A stretch of 64,000 nucleotides of DNA from Felis catus (lineage: Eukaryota). This document shows positions 9,826 through 22,619 of this stretch, piece by piece. A program made the translations under genes and the position numbers. The notes under the pieces were generated by a model, which saw only the letters and a program-made list of their open reading frames with translations, did no database searches and was not told where the DNA came from. The stretch is from assembly GCF_018350175.1 (NCBI RefSeq), contig NC_058373.1:102488001-102552000 (forward strand). Reading direction: 5' to 3'. The first letter of the stretch is position 1. Each line of letters starts with the position of its first letter.

Positions 9826-12800
9826 CCTGAATTTTGCAGATTTCTTTTCCTCCCTTTTTGAGGTAATATTGGAGAATTATGTTGTGAATTGAATCGTTAA
9901 GAGTTTAAGGTTTTTTTAGTTGTTAGGAGAAGCAGGGAGAGAAAATTGTTTTTCTGCCACGGGAAAGAGACCACCTTCACTTAACATTATGAACTTACAT
10001 TTTTGCAACACTTGAACGCTTATTTTGAATTTGTTCTACCCAACACCCACCCACTGTATCTCCTGTTGGAGAAGGTATTATCTAGAATGTTCTCACCGCT
10101 TGTCTAGGCATAACTAATCGTTACTAAGTCAGTGAGGATACATTCAGGTCTATGGTCATGTAATGCTGGGTGCGGCTGGAAGGTATCAGACCCCAGAAAG
10201 CTCTGTGGAGGACCTAAAAACTAGTCTTGAAATCAGACACCCACCAGAAACCCTTGTAACTGCTCTCACCTCCAGAGAGTGGCTGATGGGGAAGTGATTG
10301 AGTAAAGGCCTCCATGGCTCTGAAGGAGAGAGCTGTAAAGGTTGAGTAGGCTTTGGCTCGGTCAGCAAAGCAGAGTGAAACAGGACTGGAGCCAGGTGGA
10401 GCCAGGGTCACCTGTGGCTGAGGTGATGGGTGGGTGGCCCTGGAGCTGCTTCCACACTGGAATCTGCCTTGGCCTGTTCTGCCCCTTATCGGTAGGCAAG
10501 CTGCTCCTCTCCAAAGAGGCAGTACTAAAACTGAAAAGTGTCTCTCAATGCTGAACGAGTCTGTCCCTGGCAGGAAACGACAGTGACACCTCTGACACGC
10601 TAGGCCAGAGCCCGAGACTCACTGATGCGTCTGTAATACAGGACAAGGAGAGGCTGAGAGAGCTTCCCTTTCCTTGATGGGCTCTGTGCCCTTCCTCTGG
10701 TCTTGCCCCAGTGGAGGTATGCTGGAAATGCTTTTCAGCCTGAGCGCCCTGGGCTGAAGTCTCCAGTGCTCGTCCTCCTCCCCTGGCCATCTCTTCATAC
10801 CTTCCAGATTGCGTTGTCATGGCTTGTGATTTAGGATCAAAGCAGATCTGCACACACGGGATTTAGAGGACAGCTGGGTGTGTGGTAAGTGCCCAGAAAA
10901 CGTAGCTCTCATTGTTGCTGGCTGTTGGTCCTCCATCTGCCCAGGTGGACACGCAGGATAAATAAACCATTCTTCTGGTTGGTTTTCCCAAGTCAGCCAT
11001 TCAGGATCTGGTTTTCACATGGGACGCAAAGCTGTACCTCAAGTTGACCGAGAGCAGAGGACAAGGTAAGAATACCCCAACCCCATCTTGGCATGTGATT
11101 CTTGGGGGCCTCAGAGATCACGGACGACCCCTTTTGAACTTTGTGGCAGGACCGAGTTCCCAGTGCTGTGTGAATGATGGGGGATTTTAGCAGGTTGCAT
11201 CAGAGGCCACCCCCTCCCTGGTCTTGATTTAGAGGAGTGTGGCTTTCCCCTTAGGGGAAGGCGCTGTGCTTCAGAGCCCCCTAGTGCCAAGCTGGAGGAA
11301 GCAGCCCACTTGAAATTTCTTGCCACAGTGCAGCACTAGCCGTCTTCCTGCACTGCTCCAGAACCTTAGACTCCTAAGAAAGGGAAACAACAGTGTGGGC
11401 ACCAGGACCCTAGCTTCCTCCACTGCCATGGGGACACAGATTGAGAAGACTTACACCTTTCGGCTTTTGCTCAGGCTCTGATGTGCCTGGCTTAGTTTTC
11501 CTCTCCCACCATTAGAAAGAAAAGTCAGAGAAATCTGGGAATCATCCCTGGGGCAGTTCAGCTCTTGTTCCCTGCCCAGTGGATGATGCCAGATAGCCAA
11601 GGCAGGAATGAATTGGAAATGGGAAAGGGGTAAGATAAAAAATTTGTATCCAGGCCTTATCAACATGACTGGCATTAAAATGGCCATGTGAAGGAATCCT
11701 TCGAAACTGACCACATACCCTCCCTGCCTTAGCACACTGACAGCTCTGTGCCCTGGAGGTGCACACGACCCCACCCCATTCTGCCCACCTTATTGGGCTG
11801 GGTGCCTTTCAGCAAGCACCCTGTGTACATCTGCCACGTGTCCTGTTTTATGTATTGACTTTGCTCCCCCACCATGGGCTCATAGAGGGTAGTTTGGTCA
11901 TGCCATCCCCTCAGTGCCTCACACACAGTACATGCTCCATAAAACGTTAATAACCCTCTCTAGGGACCACCTTAATGTGAGGTGCACTGGCAGGTTTTGA
12001 TGGCTCTAGGCTACACTAACTTTCCATCGAGTATGAGAAACCTGAAGTGGGGAGGATAAAGTGATCTAGGAGAATCAGAGCTGGTCCCATGGGGGTATTC
12101 TTGGTTAGGGATGCTTCTATAGCAGCCCTAGATTTGTGCTGGGTAACTCAGTTTTGCATTTGGTATGATCTGGGCTCTGTCACTGCAGGTGGCTCCTGAC
12201 AGCAGGCTGATTTGGGCCTTGGGGCTGCAGAAGGCTGTGTGCTAACAGTTTCGCATGACCTGGGAGCACCCTTCCTGGGCTCTGTCCAGTTACCCCTTCC
12301 AACTTGGACTTGTCAGGGCCTCCCTGCCAACCTTTATGGACTGGCCTTGGAGACTTTTTATTATGTGGGTATTCCCAGGCATTTTCCATGGTTTTCACTG
12401 CCTTCATTTCTTCTTCACTCAGCAGACTGGCTGTTTGTCCTTTCCTTTCCCCACAGCCTGTCTCAAAACCAGAACGAAGCCAGTCTGCACTAGACTTCTT
12501 GCTGTATAATAACAACTGATGTTCTGTAGTTCTTCTGGTCAGGTACCATGCTGCAGTGAAATGCATTCTCTGCTGTGCACAGCACCTAGCACTGGGGAAA
12601 GCTGATCATTTCTATCCCTGCTTTTCCCCTGCGTTCAAACAAGCTAGTGTTGCAATCTTTGTGAGTTGGTAAAAGTACCTCTGTGGGAAATGTGCAATCC
12701 CTTCTATTGACGTGTATGCCATTCCTAAGTTTGTGGCCAGAGCCGGTGTTTGCACAACCTCATAGAAGAGCAAACATCACTGTAGTCATGCTCCGGTGGG

Positions 12801-14369
12801 TAACTTCCAGTGTATTTATGACTAAGCGAAACCACAGGCAGCACCCCTATTCTAGGTGGCTCATTTGACTGTGGTATTATTTTAGAGGAGTAGAGCCACT
12901 GGTGTTGGTAGGTGGGAAGGGAGTCAGGAACAGAGAGGTGACAGTCTCTTACACTGCAACAACCCTTGTGAGAGGTGATATTGCTCTAAAAAGCAAAATG
13001 AAACCTTCCCTCAAAGCTCCCCCCTGCCCCATCCACTCTTTAATAGAGAAAAGACCTCAGGACAAATCAGTTCAGGGACCCTTTATCTCAAATTGTCTTT
13101 GGATTAAGGTGAGCTATTAAAAAGACGTTGAAAATTAGAAGGCTCTATTAAATGTTTGGCTTTTCTCTTTGGAACGATGAAACACAGCCCGGATTAGGTT
13201 CTAAAGTTAGCATTTAGGGGGAAAATGACATACAGCTGGAATTACTCTTGGAAATCCTTTGTGTCCATCACCCAGTAGACAGTGATGTATACCATGAACA
13301 GTGGTGAGAAACGTGTAAGGTACGAAAGAGGAGGTGCTCTTGCTGAGTGACCAGCTGTGTGCAGCAGAAACGGAGACTTGAGGAATTTGGCACATCCCAT
13401 CTCCCAGTTAATCAGAGCAGTAATGCCTGTACTATTTAAATTACTTCCTTTCTGTCCCCTCCCCCCTATCAAACAGTTGACTTACAAACTGGTGTTTTCA
13501 GGTCTCTATTAAGTAGTATGAAAAATACGATGCGGTTCTTCAAAAACCAAATTCAACCTAAGTTGCTCATCAGGAAGATGTAGAGCAAGGTTGTATTTGT
13601 GTCAGTTCCCCCCTCCCCCATCTAAGAGGTTAGATGCCCTATTTGCACAACTGGTGTTTGCAGGCCACCCGGAGAAGAGACGGAGCCAGGCCTGACCCAT
13701 TGGCCTTCCTTATTCTGGGACTCAGCCGTTGGCCTTCACTGTGCTCTTACTCTTGAAGCCTCTTCTGTGTAGGCAGTTGAGCAGGGTTCTCCTGCAGGGT
13801 GTGTGGCCTGCTGTCAACAGTTCTTCCACCACAGCCTTGCCAGACCCTCCTGGGTAGGGATGGTGACGCAGCTGCCCCAGCACCCAGCTGGGACCTTTTC
13901 CCATTACCGCATTCTTTTCCATGGCCAGGAGTCTGGGCCTAAGACCCCTCAGTTTGTTCCAGTCTATACTCAAAAGATTCTTCATTGCACAGGGTCTCAA
14001 CAGGAAACTGAGGGCACGTCCAAAATGAGTGAATTTGAGGAGGATTTATTATAAGGGTATGTATGTGGGGCAAGTCTTCCCCAGTATTTTTCAGGCTCAG
14101 GGCAAGAATACAATATAGGACCCTTCTGCAGCCCCTCTCTGCACCCCCATCTTATGTTTCTGCATATTGATTCCATGTTGAAATAATATTTTGGATATCT
14201 TGAATATAAAAATTGTACCTATTTTTACCATTTTAATGAGACTAACAATTTAAACTTACACGTACATACAGGTTACATTATTTCCACTGGACAGTGCTGA
14301 TTCTGGTGCTCAAGATCCTGCATTTTTAAAATACAGACATAACACACAGACTCATTTATTATAATCCCA

Positions 14370-15950
14370 TTAAAAATTTATTGGAGTATAGTTGACATAT
14401 AGTGTTCTATTAGTTTCAGGTGTGCAACACAGTGACTCAGCAATTCTGTACATTACTCAGTGCTCATCACAGGTAAGTGTAGACACCACCTGTCACATAC
14501 AATGTTATTACAATATCATTGACTATATTCCCTATGCTGTACTTTTCCATCTGTGTGACTTGTAAGCTCTAAGCCCAATGTAGGGCTTGAACTCATGACC
14601 CCCAAGGTCAAGAGTTGCATGCTCTACTGAGCCAGCCAGGCATGCCCCGTGACTTATAACTGAAAGTTTGTACCTCTTAGTCCACCTTCACCTGTCTCAC
14701 CCATCCCCCCATCCTCTTCCCCTCTGTCAATTACCAGCTTTCTGTACTTATGAGTCTGTTCACTTTTTTTAGATTCCACATAGAAGTGAAATCATGGTAT
14801 TTGTCTTTCTCTGAATTATTCCATGTAACATAATAGTCTCTACGTCTATGTTGTCACACAAGATCTTGTTTCTTTTTTTGTGGTTAATATTCCATTGTGC
14901 ATGTATACACATCTTTATCCATTCTTTTATCCATGGACACTTAGATTGCTTCCATATCTTGGCTATTACAAATAATGCTGCCGTAAACAGGGGTGCATAT
15001 CTTTTTGAATTAGTGTTTTTTGTTTCTTTGGGTAAATAGCCAGTAGTGGAAATACTGTATTATGTGGTATTTTTTGAGGAAACTCTCCACTGTTTTTGAG
15101 TGGTTATACCAATTTACATTCCTACCAACAGTGCTCCAGGGTTCCCTTTTCTTCACATCCTCACCAGTATTTACTTGTCTGATATTAACCATTTTGGTGT
15201 GAGGTGGTATCTCATTGTGGTTTTGATTAGCATTTCCCTGATGATTAGTGACGCTGAGCTCCTTTTCATGTCTGTTGGCCCTATGTGTTCTTCAGAGAAA
15301 TGTCTATTCAGGTCAGGACGTGGATTGGGGGTTTTTTGGTGTGAACTGCATAAAGTTTATATATTTTGGATAGTAACCCTTACTGGATACTTCATTTGCA
15401 AATATCCTCTCGAATTCAGTAGCTTGCCTGTATGTTTGTTAATGGTTTTCTTTGCTGTGCAAAAGCTTTATTTTGGGGTAGTCCCAAGAGTTCATATTTG
15501 GCTGAGGACACATATCCATAAATATGTTGCTAAAGCTGAAGTCCAAGAGATTACAGCATGTTTTCTTTTAGGAGTTTTATGCTTTCAAGTCTTACATGTA
15601 GGTCTTTAATCCATTCTTAGTTTTTTTGGTATATGGTATAAGAAAGTGTTCCAGTTTTCCCACCACCATTTAAGAGACTGTCTTGTCTTCATCGTGTATT
15701 TTTGCCTCCGTTATAGTATGTAGCTTAACCATATAAATATGGGTCTATTTCTGGGCTCTCTACTCTGGTTTCATGGATCTATGTGTCTGTTTTTGTGCCA
15801 GTTCCATAGTGTGGCTACTACAGCATCGTAGTATATCTTGAAACCTGGGTTTGTGATACCTCCAGCTTTGTTCTTTCTCAAGACTGCTTTCGCTATTCAA
15901 GGTCTTTTGTGGTTCCATACAAATTTTAGGATTATTTGTTGTATTTCTTT
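14370..15950 (-). mobile_element. Older carnivore LINE-1 3' portion, interrupted by a SINE at ~14565-14648
   Basis: Antisense L1 ORF2 and 3' UTR motifs (gtgaggtggtatctcattgtggttttgatt, ctatgtgtctgtttttgtgccagt); no intact frame. Confidence 0.85.
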
Positions 15951-16854
15951 TTTTCAGGGCATTTTCTCACCAGATCCTTGGAATGGGATGCTGGTGGTGG
16001 CTTTCTCTCATTGAGCATCTCATAGCTGAAGTTCAGGTGACCTGCCCAAAGCCCAGTTTCAAATTCCTGGTACATCTTGTTGATGTAACTTTTAATGACC
16101 ACCCAACTACTAAGGATAAAGTTATCCTTAGTGCTTCCTATCTGCTTTGCCCTGATTCCACATCAGTCATGATGGAGTTCTGGGGCTGGGCACCTCCGAG
16201 CAGTATACACTAGATAGGGGGAGGAAGGGCACTGGCACTGAAGCGCGTGCCCTGTTTGGGACCCTTCTGTCTCCTTGCCCATTTTCCTCCTGCTACCTGG
16301 TAGCTTTCTGCAGGTGAAACAATAGGGCGAACCACGCAGCAGTTCCCCAGTAATCACTCTTCTCCAGGATCTAACCTGAAAGGGGGTGGGGGAAAAGGGG
16401 AAGAGTGATTCTTCAAAACTATCTGCATTTTCTCTCAACTCAACAGATCGCCTCCAACCTCTGACATTTCTCTTTCTCTCCTGTCCTGAAGAAAGTCTGG
16501 GCAGGTTCCATATGGGCACCCTGTAGGCCCCCGTGCATTCCTTCCCACGGAGCTGCTGCTGTGCTACATACACCAAGTCACCGCAGGGCATGTGCATCAT
16601 AGATGCATCTTTCCAGAAAGTATGTAACTGGTAAGCAACTAGTTTTTCCCAGCTTACTAAAGATAGACGGTTACTGTTAATACCACCATAAGCTCTAATT
16701 TTTAAGATTACGAGGCCTTTTTCATTACCTAGCAAAAAATTCTAAAAAGATTACCCTATAATTTGTATGAAGTATTTCAGTTAAATTTCATTCTTGCTAC
16801 TCTTGATGTATCAATCGAAACGAGCAATCAAGAGCTTGAAAAAGACATACATAT

Positions 16855-19525
16855 TAGCAAAGTACTGTTAAAAGATTTATTGCAATAATACAATAAAAGT
16901 TTAGAAAACATTTGTTATGACTCAAACTGGTTTGGAAGTCACAGAGTAATGGGAAATTCCTGCAACATGACACCACAAGGAGATTCTCAGACACTGTAGT
17001 TCTTTTAAAAACAGCATGCTCCTGAATGCTCTTTACCAAATTATCGAAACACGAATCCTTAAATGAATCCTGTCCAACAACACCCAATGTTGACATACTG
17101 TTTTTCCCCTTAACTTAAAGATGTGCAAAACTTCTCTTAGTTATATTCCATTACAAAAGAAAAAAGTAACAGACCGTTTTAAGCAGCCTATTTGGTGCCT
17201 GTAGGTTTTTATTAGTATTACCTTGTTTTGACAAATCATTTTATATGGAAAACATGACCAAGTTCTATGGCTTTTGTTTAAAAAAAAAAAAATACCAGCT
17301 TCAATTTTTAAAAAGCTGTTTACATATGGTTCTGGCACCTACATGAAAGATTTTAATGAGCAGCAAGGAGAGTAGGAAAAAACAGTGGTTGAAATGTACA
17401 TTTAAGAATATTTACAGGGTGGATCCAGTGCAAAATAATGAAAACCAAAATATCTCAGCAGTGTAAGCCAGTATGTTGGTGTTCAAAACCACTAAAGGGT
17501 TTGATCATTTAACCCTAAATAAAGTGCCTCTAGTATCATGATATAAACAACAAAATATACCCTACCAATCCCTAATTTCCCATATTCTTGTAAGTTCTGT
17601 TGAATTACTCTAGATATGAGTTCTGACCTCTGGATTCTATTCTTTAGCTCAATCTCCCATTCATAGTTTCGTAAGAGGCTTGAGCAAAACCATGACTGTG
17701 CATCTTTTAGCTGCAGTCCCGTCTCTATCCCCAAGCCCCAAATGCGTCTTCCAAAACTGGAGACTAAGCTCTTCTTTTTGAGGGTCTGAAATGCCTAGAC
17801 AACCCTCATTTCATGGGATTTTAAGTTCATTTGGTATTTGTTCAAGTCTGCCGTACCCGTTCTCTGAATTTCAGACCTGCGTGGTACAATGCCAGCTCAG
17901 CAATCATGAAGCTGAGCACTTAAAACAGATACCTGCTATTGAGAACCCACACGTTTCCTAAGTGGAAAATCCAGAGAGTCTGGGAACCTGTGACTCCTGG
18001 ATAGAAATAAACACCCTTCTTCTGCAACTCTACCAAACACTAAATATACCAACAGCAAAAGCTATATAGCACCTCGGATTTGGAGGCAAAGTATCAACTA
18101 TGATAATTACAAGAAGAAAAGAAGCTAGGGCAAATCTCTGAATGATTTATCTGAGGTACTGTCATGCTAATCACACTAACAAGATATGGTAATAATGCCT
18201 GTTAGGAATTTTTCATAGGATTTCTTTTTGTAGTTGTTACATAGGATTTTTTTTGCAATTATTAAAAATAAAAAACTACTTACATATTTGTACATAATGC
18301 CTCTACAGTTTTCTTATAAGATTGTCACTAAGAGAATGACAAGACAGACACATTAGCTGAAAATGATCTCCTGGTGAGGAAAAATTCTGTCAGAGCCTTC
18401 CCCACGATAGAGAATAGTATCAGCTAAAACGATTTGCTCTGCATTTCTGAGTGAAGACAGTGTCCCTAGAGCAACAAAGACCTCTAAGAAAACAAGCAGG
18501 ATGGTTTTCTCTTGGAAAACCTGCCACCTACTGAATCCCTTAGAAAGAAATTGGGACACCAGAAGAATGACCAGAGGCCATTTAATTAAGTGGCTTTTAA
18601 CCTGTGCCCAGGCAGGCATTTCACTTACATAAGGGAACAACCTTAATAACTTATTTTTCACTCAGAAGAAAAGTTCAGTTTCAAAATGCACATAGTGTAG
18701 ATGGTAGGAATTCAATAATCTGAGAATGAACTTAATTCCCTTCAGAATGTAAGAAAATAGTTTTTAAATCTCCAGGCCATCACTGCAGCTGGGAATTCTT
18801 CTGTTCATGGATGTAGGTCCAAAAATAAAAAAGACCTTCATTTCTTTGGTGTGTGGGGATAAAGAAAAACAGGAATGTCTGACAAGCTACGACAGCAGCA
18901 GCATGAATGAGATAATTTTCAAACTACCCCTCCCCTCCCCCAAAACACCACCCCCCCCTTCCAAACAAACGAAAATCCTTGACCTAAAAACCAAACATGA
19001 CCAAATCCTAAAGAAATCAAGTATTTCAAATTGCCTGCTGGTTCTCTGTACAAAAAAATGATGGCATAAGAACAAACGCATATGAAACAGTTTGTATCTT
19101 GCAAGTCCTGATCATCAAGAATCACTTCCTTGTGATTCTGCCTCTAAAACGTGAAGTGTTCAGGAACAGTCTCCGCATCACAAGGACCAATGTGTCAACC
19201 TGCATCCGTGGGTCCTGTGGCCTGTGACTGAAGGGAGCCCAAGTGAATTTTCTGCTTCAACAGAACACACACACTGGTCTTTCTTCCACCAACACTGGTC
19301 TGGGCAGAAGGACCTCTGACCCTGCTGTTCTACTATAAGCATGTGGGTCACTCCCATCGGCCATCTGATAAACAGAAATGCTTGTCTCCCTGCTTTACCA
19401 AAAACACAATGGTTTAACCTCTTTCTGTTCCAGGCACTATTTTAACTGAATACATAAACTTTACTAGAACATAGCGGAAGAACAACTATCTTGATGCAAA
19501 CCTGGCATGTTTTGGTCCGGGTGCG
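16855..19525 (-). other. ATG14: ATG14 3' UTR (~2.65 kb) with candidate poly(A) signals at 17208-17213 and 16876-16881
   Basis: Largely repeat-free AT-rich stretch after the stop; TTTATT on + (AATAAA on -) at both positions. End inferred. Confidence 0.65.
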
Positions 19526-19832
19526 TTAGCGGTGTCCAGTGTAAGCCTTAAACCAGGAGGTCACCGAGGCTGCGGCAGAGGAGATCATCCCACCGGCACT
19601 GCTGCTCGCGATGGGCGGGGACACCTGGCTGCTCTGGCTCTGGGAGCCTTCCACAGGCTGGGAAGGGATATCGCAAAACCGGGGACTCGGCAAGTTCTCC
19701 CAGTCTGTGCCCAGGTCGGTTTCCTCGTCACTGACACGCTCGTCGCCACTCTCATCTGACTCCCCGGCAACGCCAGGGTCCACAAACTCCATGGACTCCT
19801 CGAGGTCCGCTCGCACTTCAAAGGGTCCCGAC
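19526..19832 (-). CDS. ATG14: ATG14 exon 10 coding part (307 nt), BATS domain with WENL LIR-type motif and terminal amphipathic helix
   Basis: cacag|G TCG GGA CCC... = [16 protein letters not shown]...[11 protein letters not shown]...[22 protein letters not shown]. The ten exons sum to 1479 nt = 492 aa plus stop. Confidence 0.97.
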
Positions 19833-19876
19833 CTGTGCACACACAGTGAAGGAGTCTTTAAGACAACCAGCATTGT

Positions 19877-20055
19877 TGGGGCGCCCGGGTGGCTTGGCCG
19901 GTAAGTGTCCAAACTCTGGATTTCGGCTCAGGTCATGATCTCACAGTTTGTGGGATCAAGCCCCAAGTCGGGCTCTGCATGGACCATGGAGCCTGCTTGG
20001 GATTCTCTCCCTCTCTGCCCCTCTCCCACTGGCGCTCTGTCTCAAAACTAAATGT

Positions 20056-20095
<40 letters not shown>
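19877..20095 (+). mobile_element. Can-SINE with A40 tail next to the ATG14 exon 10 acceptor
   Basis: TSD AGACAACCAGCATTGT at 19861-19876 and 20096-20111. Confidence 0.93.
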
Positions 20096-20098
<3 letters not shown>

Positions 20099-22619
20099 CA
20101 ACCAGCATTGTGACAACACATGACATAAGGCCTGACAGGATAGGAGGTCCGGAACCACCACTCCACCTGTTTCCCAAGTCTGCACTGTGCTCACTGTTGG
20201 TCTATAATTGAGTTTTTCTTTACCTAAATAACTGCCATCCAAGTAATGAACAAAACCACAATACCACACTTTTCCTCAACTCTACCTACTTGATTTGTGA
20301 AGATCCTGGATGGGAAAAACCCAACCACTGAGACTAACCATGCTGGTCCAAAGTACAATTCCCTGTTTTATACTACTGTATCATCTATGCATTTTAATGA
20401 GACAATTCTGACAAACACAGTCACTTGACATATACTCTGGTATATTAGTTGGTGGAACAAGAAATAAACGTAAAGGAAAAAACCGTACAGATGTTCTCTG
20501 CCTTATGGAAGCCTCCAATTACTGTGTTCCTATGACTCAAAAGAACTAAATGGTACGGCTGTATGCATGTTAGCAACGCTCCCTTGGATGGGGGTCATCA
20601 GCAGGCTCCTGCACACATTTTAAGATATCCCATAATTTTCAAGGGACACATTTATAACAGAATGAGATGTAACTATTTAGATTGTATTCATCTGGAATAG
20701 TGCCTACTTCTGCACTATATTTTAGGAGAAAACTATTCCCCAGAGGTCCCTAATGACGTCGTCATCTCCACATCTAATAACCTTTCTCAGGCCTCGCCCT
20801 CTGACAGCTCCTCAGCACCACGGTGGAACTGTGTCAGCAAACCCCACCCAGCTCTGCTGCTGCTTTCCCCTGCCCCTTTCAAGTGTCGGTCAGCTCCTGC
20901 CTCAGAAGAGCCATTTCCTTCTTTGGCTGGGCGGGGTGGGGGGGACACACAGTCACCCACCCACTTCTCTTCCATGCGGCCATCCACAGGGTGGGGCCAA
21001 GTCCCTCCAGCGGCCTCTCTCTCCACCCCCAAGATAAGGACACATGCCTCAGTTCATTTACCAGTTTCAGTGATATTTACGTTGGGGAAAATGACAGGGG
21101 CTAGCAAAAATAACAGAAATGAGAAATACCCTAGAGTACGGCCTGCCATTTTGGCCTATGGCCCAAAATTCTTTACAGCCTTTGTGAAAAAGCGCAGCGC
21201 TGGCCTCCAGTGCACCTCACTACACCCGCACCTTCCAAATCACTTGCTCCAGGGTCAGGTAGCCTTTGCTCCTCCAAGACAACCCTGCTTCCCAGCTGAA
21301 ACACAGCAAGAGTAACAGCTAACATTTCTGTTCTAGGCACTGTTTTTAGGGCTTTATACAAATACTAAGTTGAAAGATGCACCACAGGGTTTCCCTTTGG
21401 TCTCCTGGGAGCAATTTACATTTCAAAAAGCCCCTCAGACCAGGGGCTCCCAAGTTTACCAGGAGAAGGGTAATTTTGCAAGGGGTGAAGGCAGCAGGAA
21501 CTGGGAGACTCTCCTCACAGCCCTTCTACCTCCCCCTGCAGCTTGATTCTCAAATCAACAACTACTGAAACCAGCATCTTAGCAGAGTATCCCTTTCCTG
21601 TTTCCTTAAAAGATTCTCCTTACCTTTCATTTTCTTTGTTTTTTTGATACCTCTCCTCCTAGCCTCACCGCCTGCTAGAGCTCTCCATCCAAGGGCTCCC
21701 AGGTTCATCTCAGGTATCTGAGCCAGTTGACCAGTCTCAAAACAAGCCAGGCGGGCCTCCTCCCTCATATCACCAAATAAGTCCCCTTCCAATCCTTACC
21801 ATGTCCCTCCAGCTCAGGTCCTTACTTCACTACTGCCTCCTCCTCGCCAGCGTCTGCCTCCAGTCAGTCCCACCGGCCTCAGCTTGCCAGAGAGCCACCT
21901 CTCTCTTCTCATGGCGGCTGCCTACTAAAACTGTTCACGACTTAAGTATCTTAGCTGGGTTACCCCCTTTCCTAAACACAGAGCTCTCTCATTCTGTCCT
22001 GTTGAGCTCTGTTGTCCAGGGGCCTCAGCACCGGGCGCCATTTCAAGCCTTCCTTTCTGCTAGCTCAGAGGCACAGCCTGCCTTCTGTCCCTCTTCGATG
22101 CCACCTTATCCAACTGGTGGGAGACTGCCACGGTCCCCAGACCCCCCTCCTAAAGGGTTTTCCCAGGGGACAGGCAGAAGTGATACAAGGGGAGGAGGTG
22201 TGTGTGAGGGGGGGGGGGCGGGGTGTGATACTTCTTCCAGGCAGAGATCCCCTGGAAACCACTTGGGTACTTCTCTGCTTGGAATCTCACAGGGCAGAGT
22301 CTACTTGGCATGGATGGGTGCTCATTTAAGTACTTCAACTGAAAAAGCAGTCAATGATTCCCAAAGCGGCCAGTTGGAACAATTTTTGTTGCCCAGCATA
22401 CCCTGAGCCACACACGTTACACAAAATTAGCAAAAGAATTAAGTCTCTTATGCTTAATGTCTTTGGAGAATAAAGATTACTAATTTTTTCATGATGCTGG
22501 AGGGAATTATTCTTACCAATTAAGGCAACAAAATGATCTTTTTGGTTTTTTTAAAGTCTCTTTTGCAAACTATCTTATTTCAAAAATATTACCTGACAGA
22601 ATATATAACTTCAAGAATA

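Noticed and set aside
15100..15609. 169-aa hydrophobic ORF
   Set aside because: Antisense reading of an old L1, a common artefact.
16163..16735. 190-aa minus-strand ORF downstream of ATG14
   Set aside because: Non-ATG start, no recognisable homology or splice signals; consistent with chance.
21801..22406. 201-aa ORF with a signal-peptide-like start
   Set aside because: Low-complexity, overlaps decayed L2-like pyrimidine-rich DNA antisense in ATG14 intron 9; no recognisable domain or exon structure.
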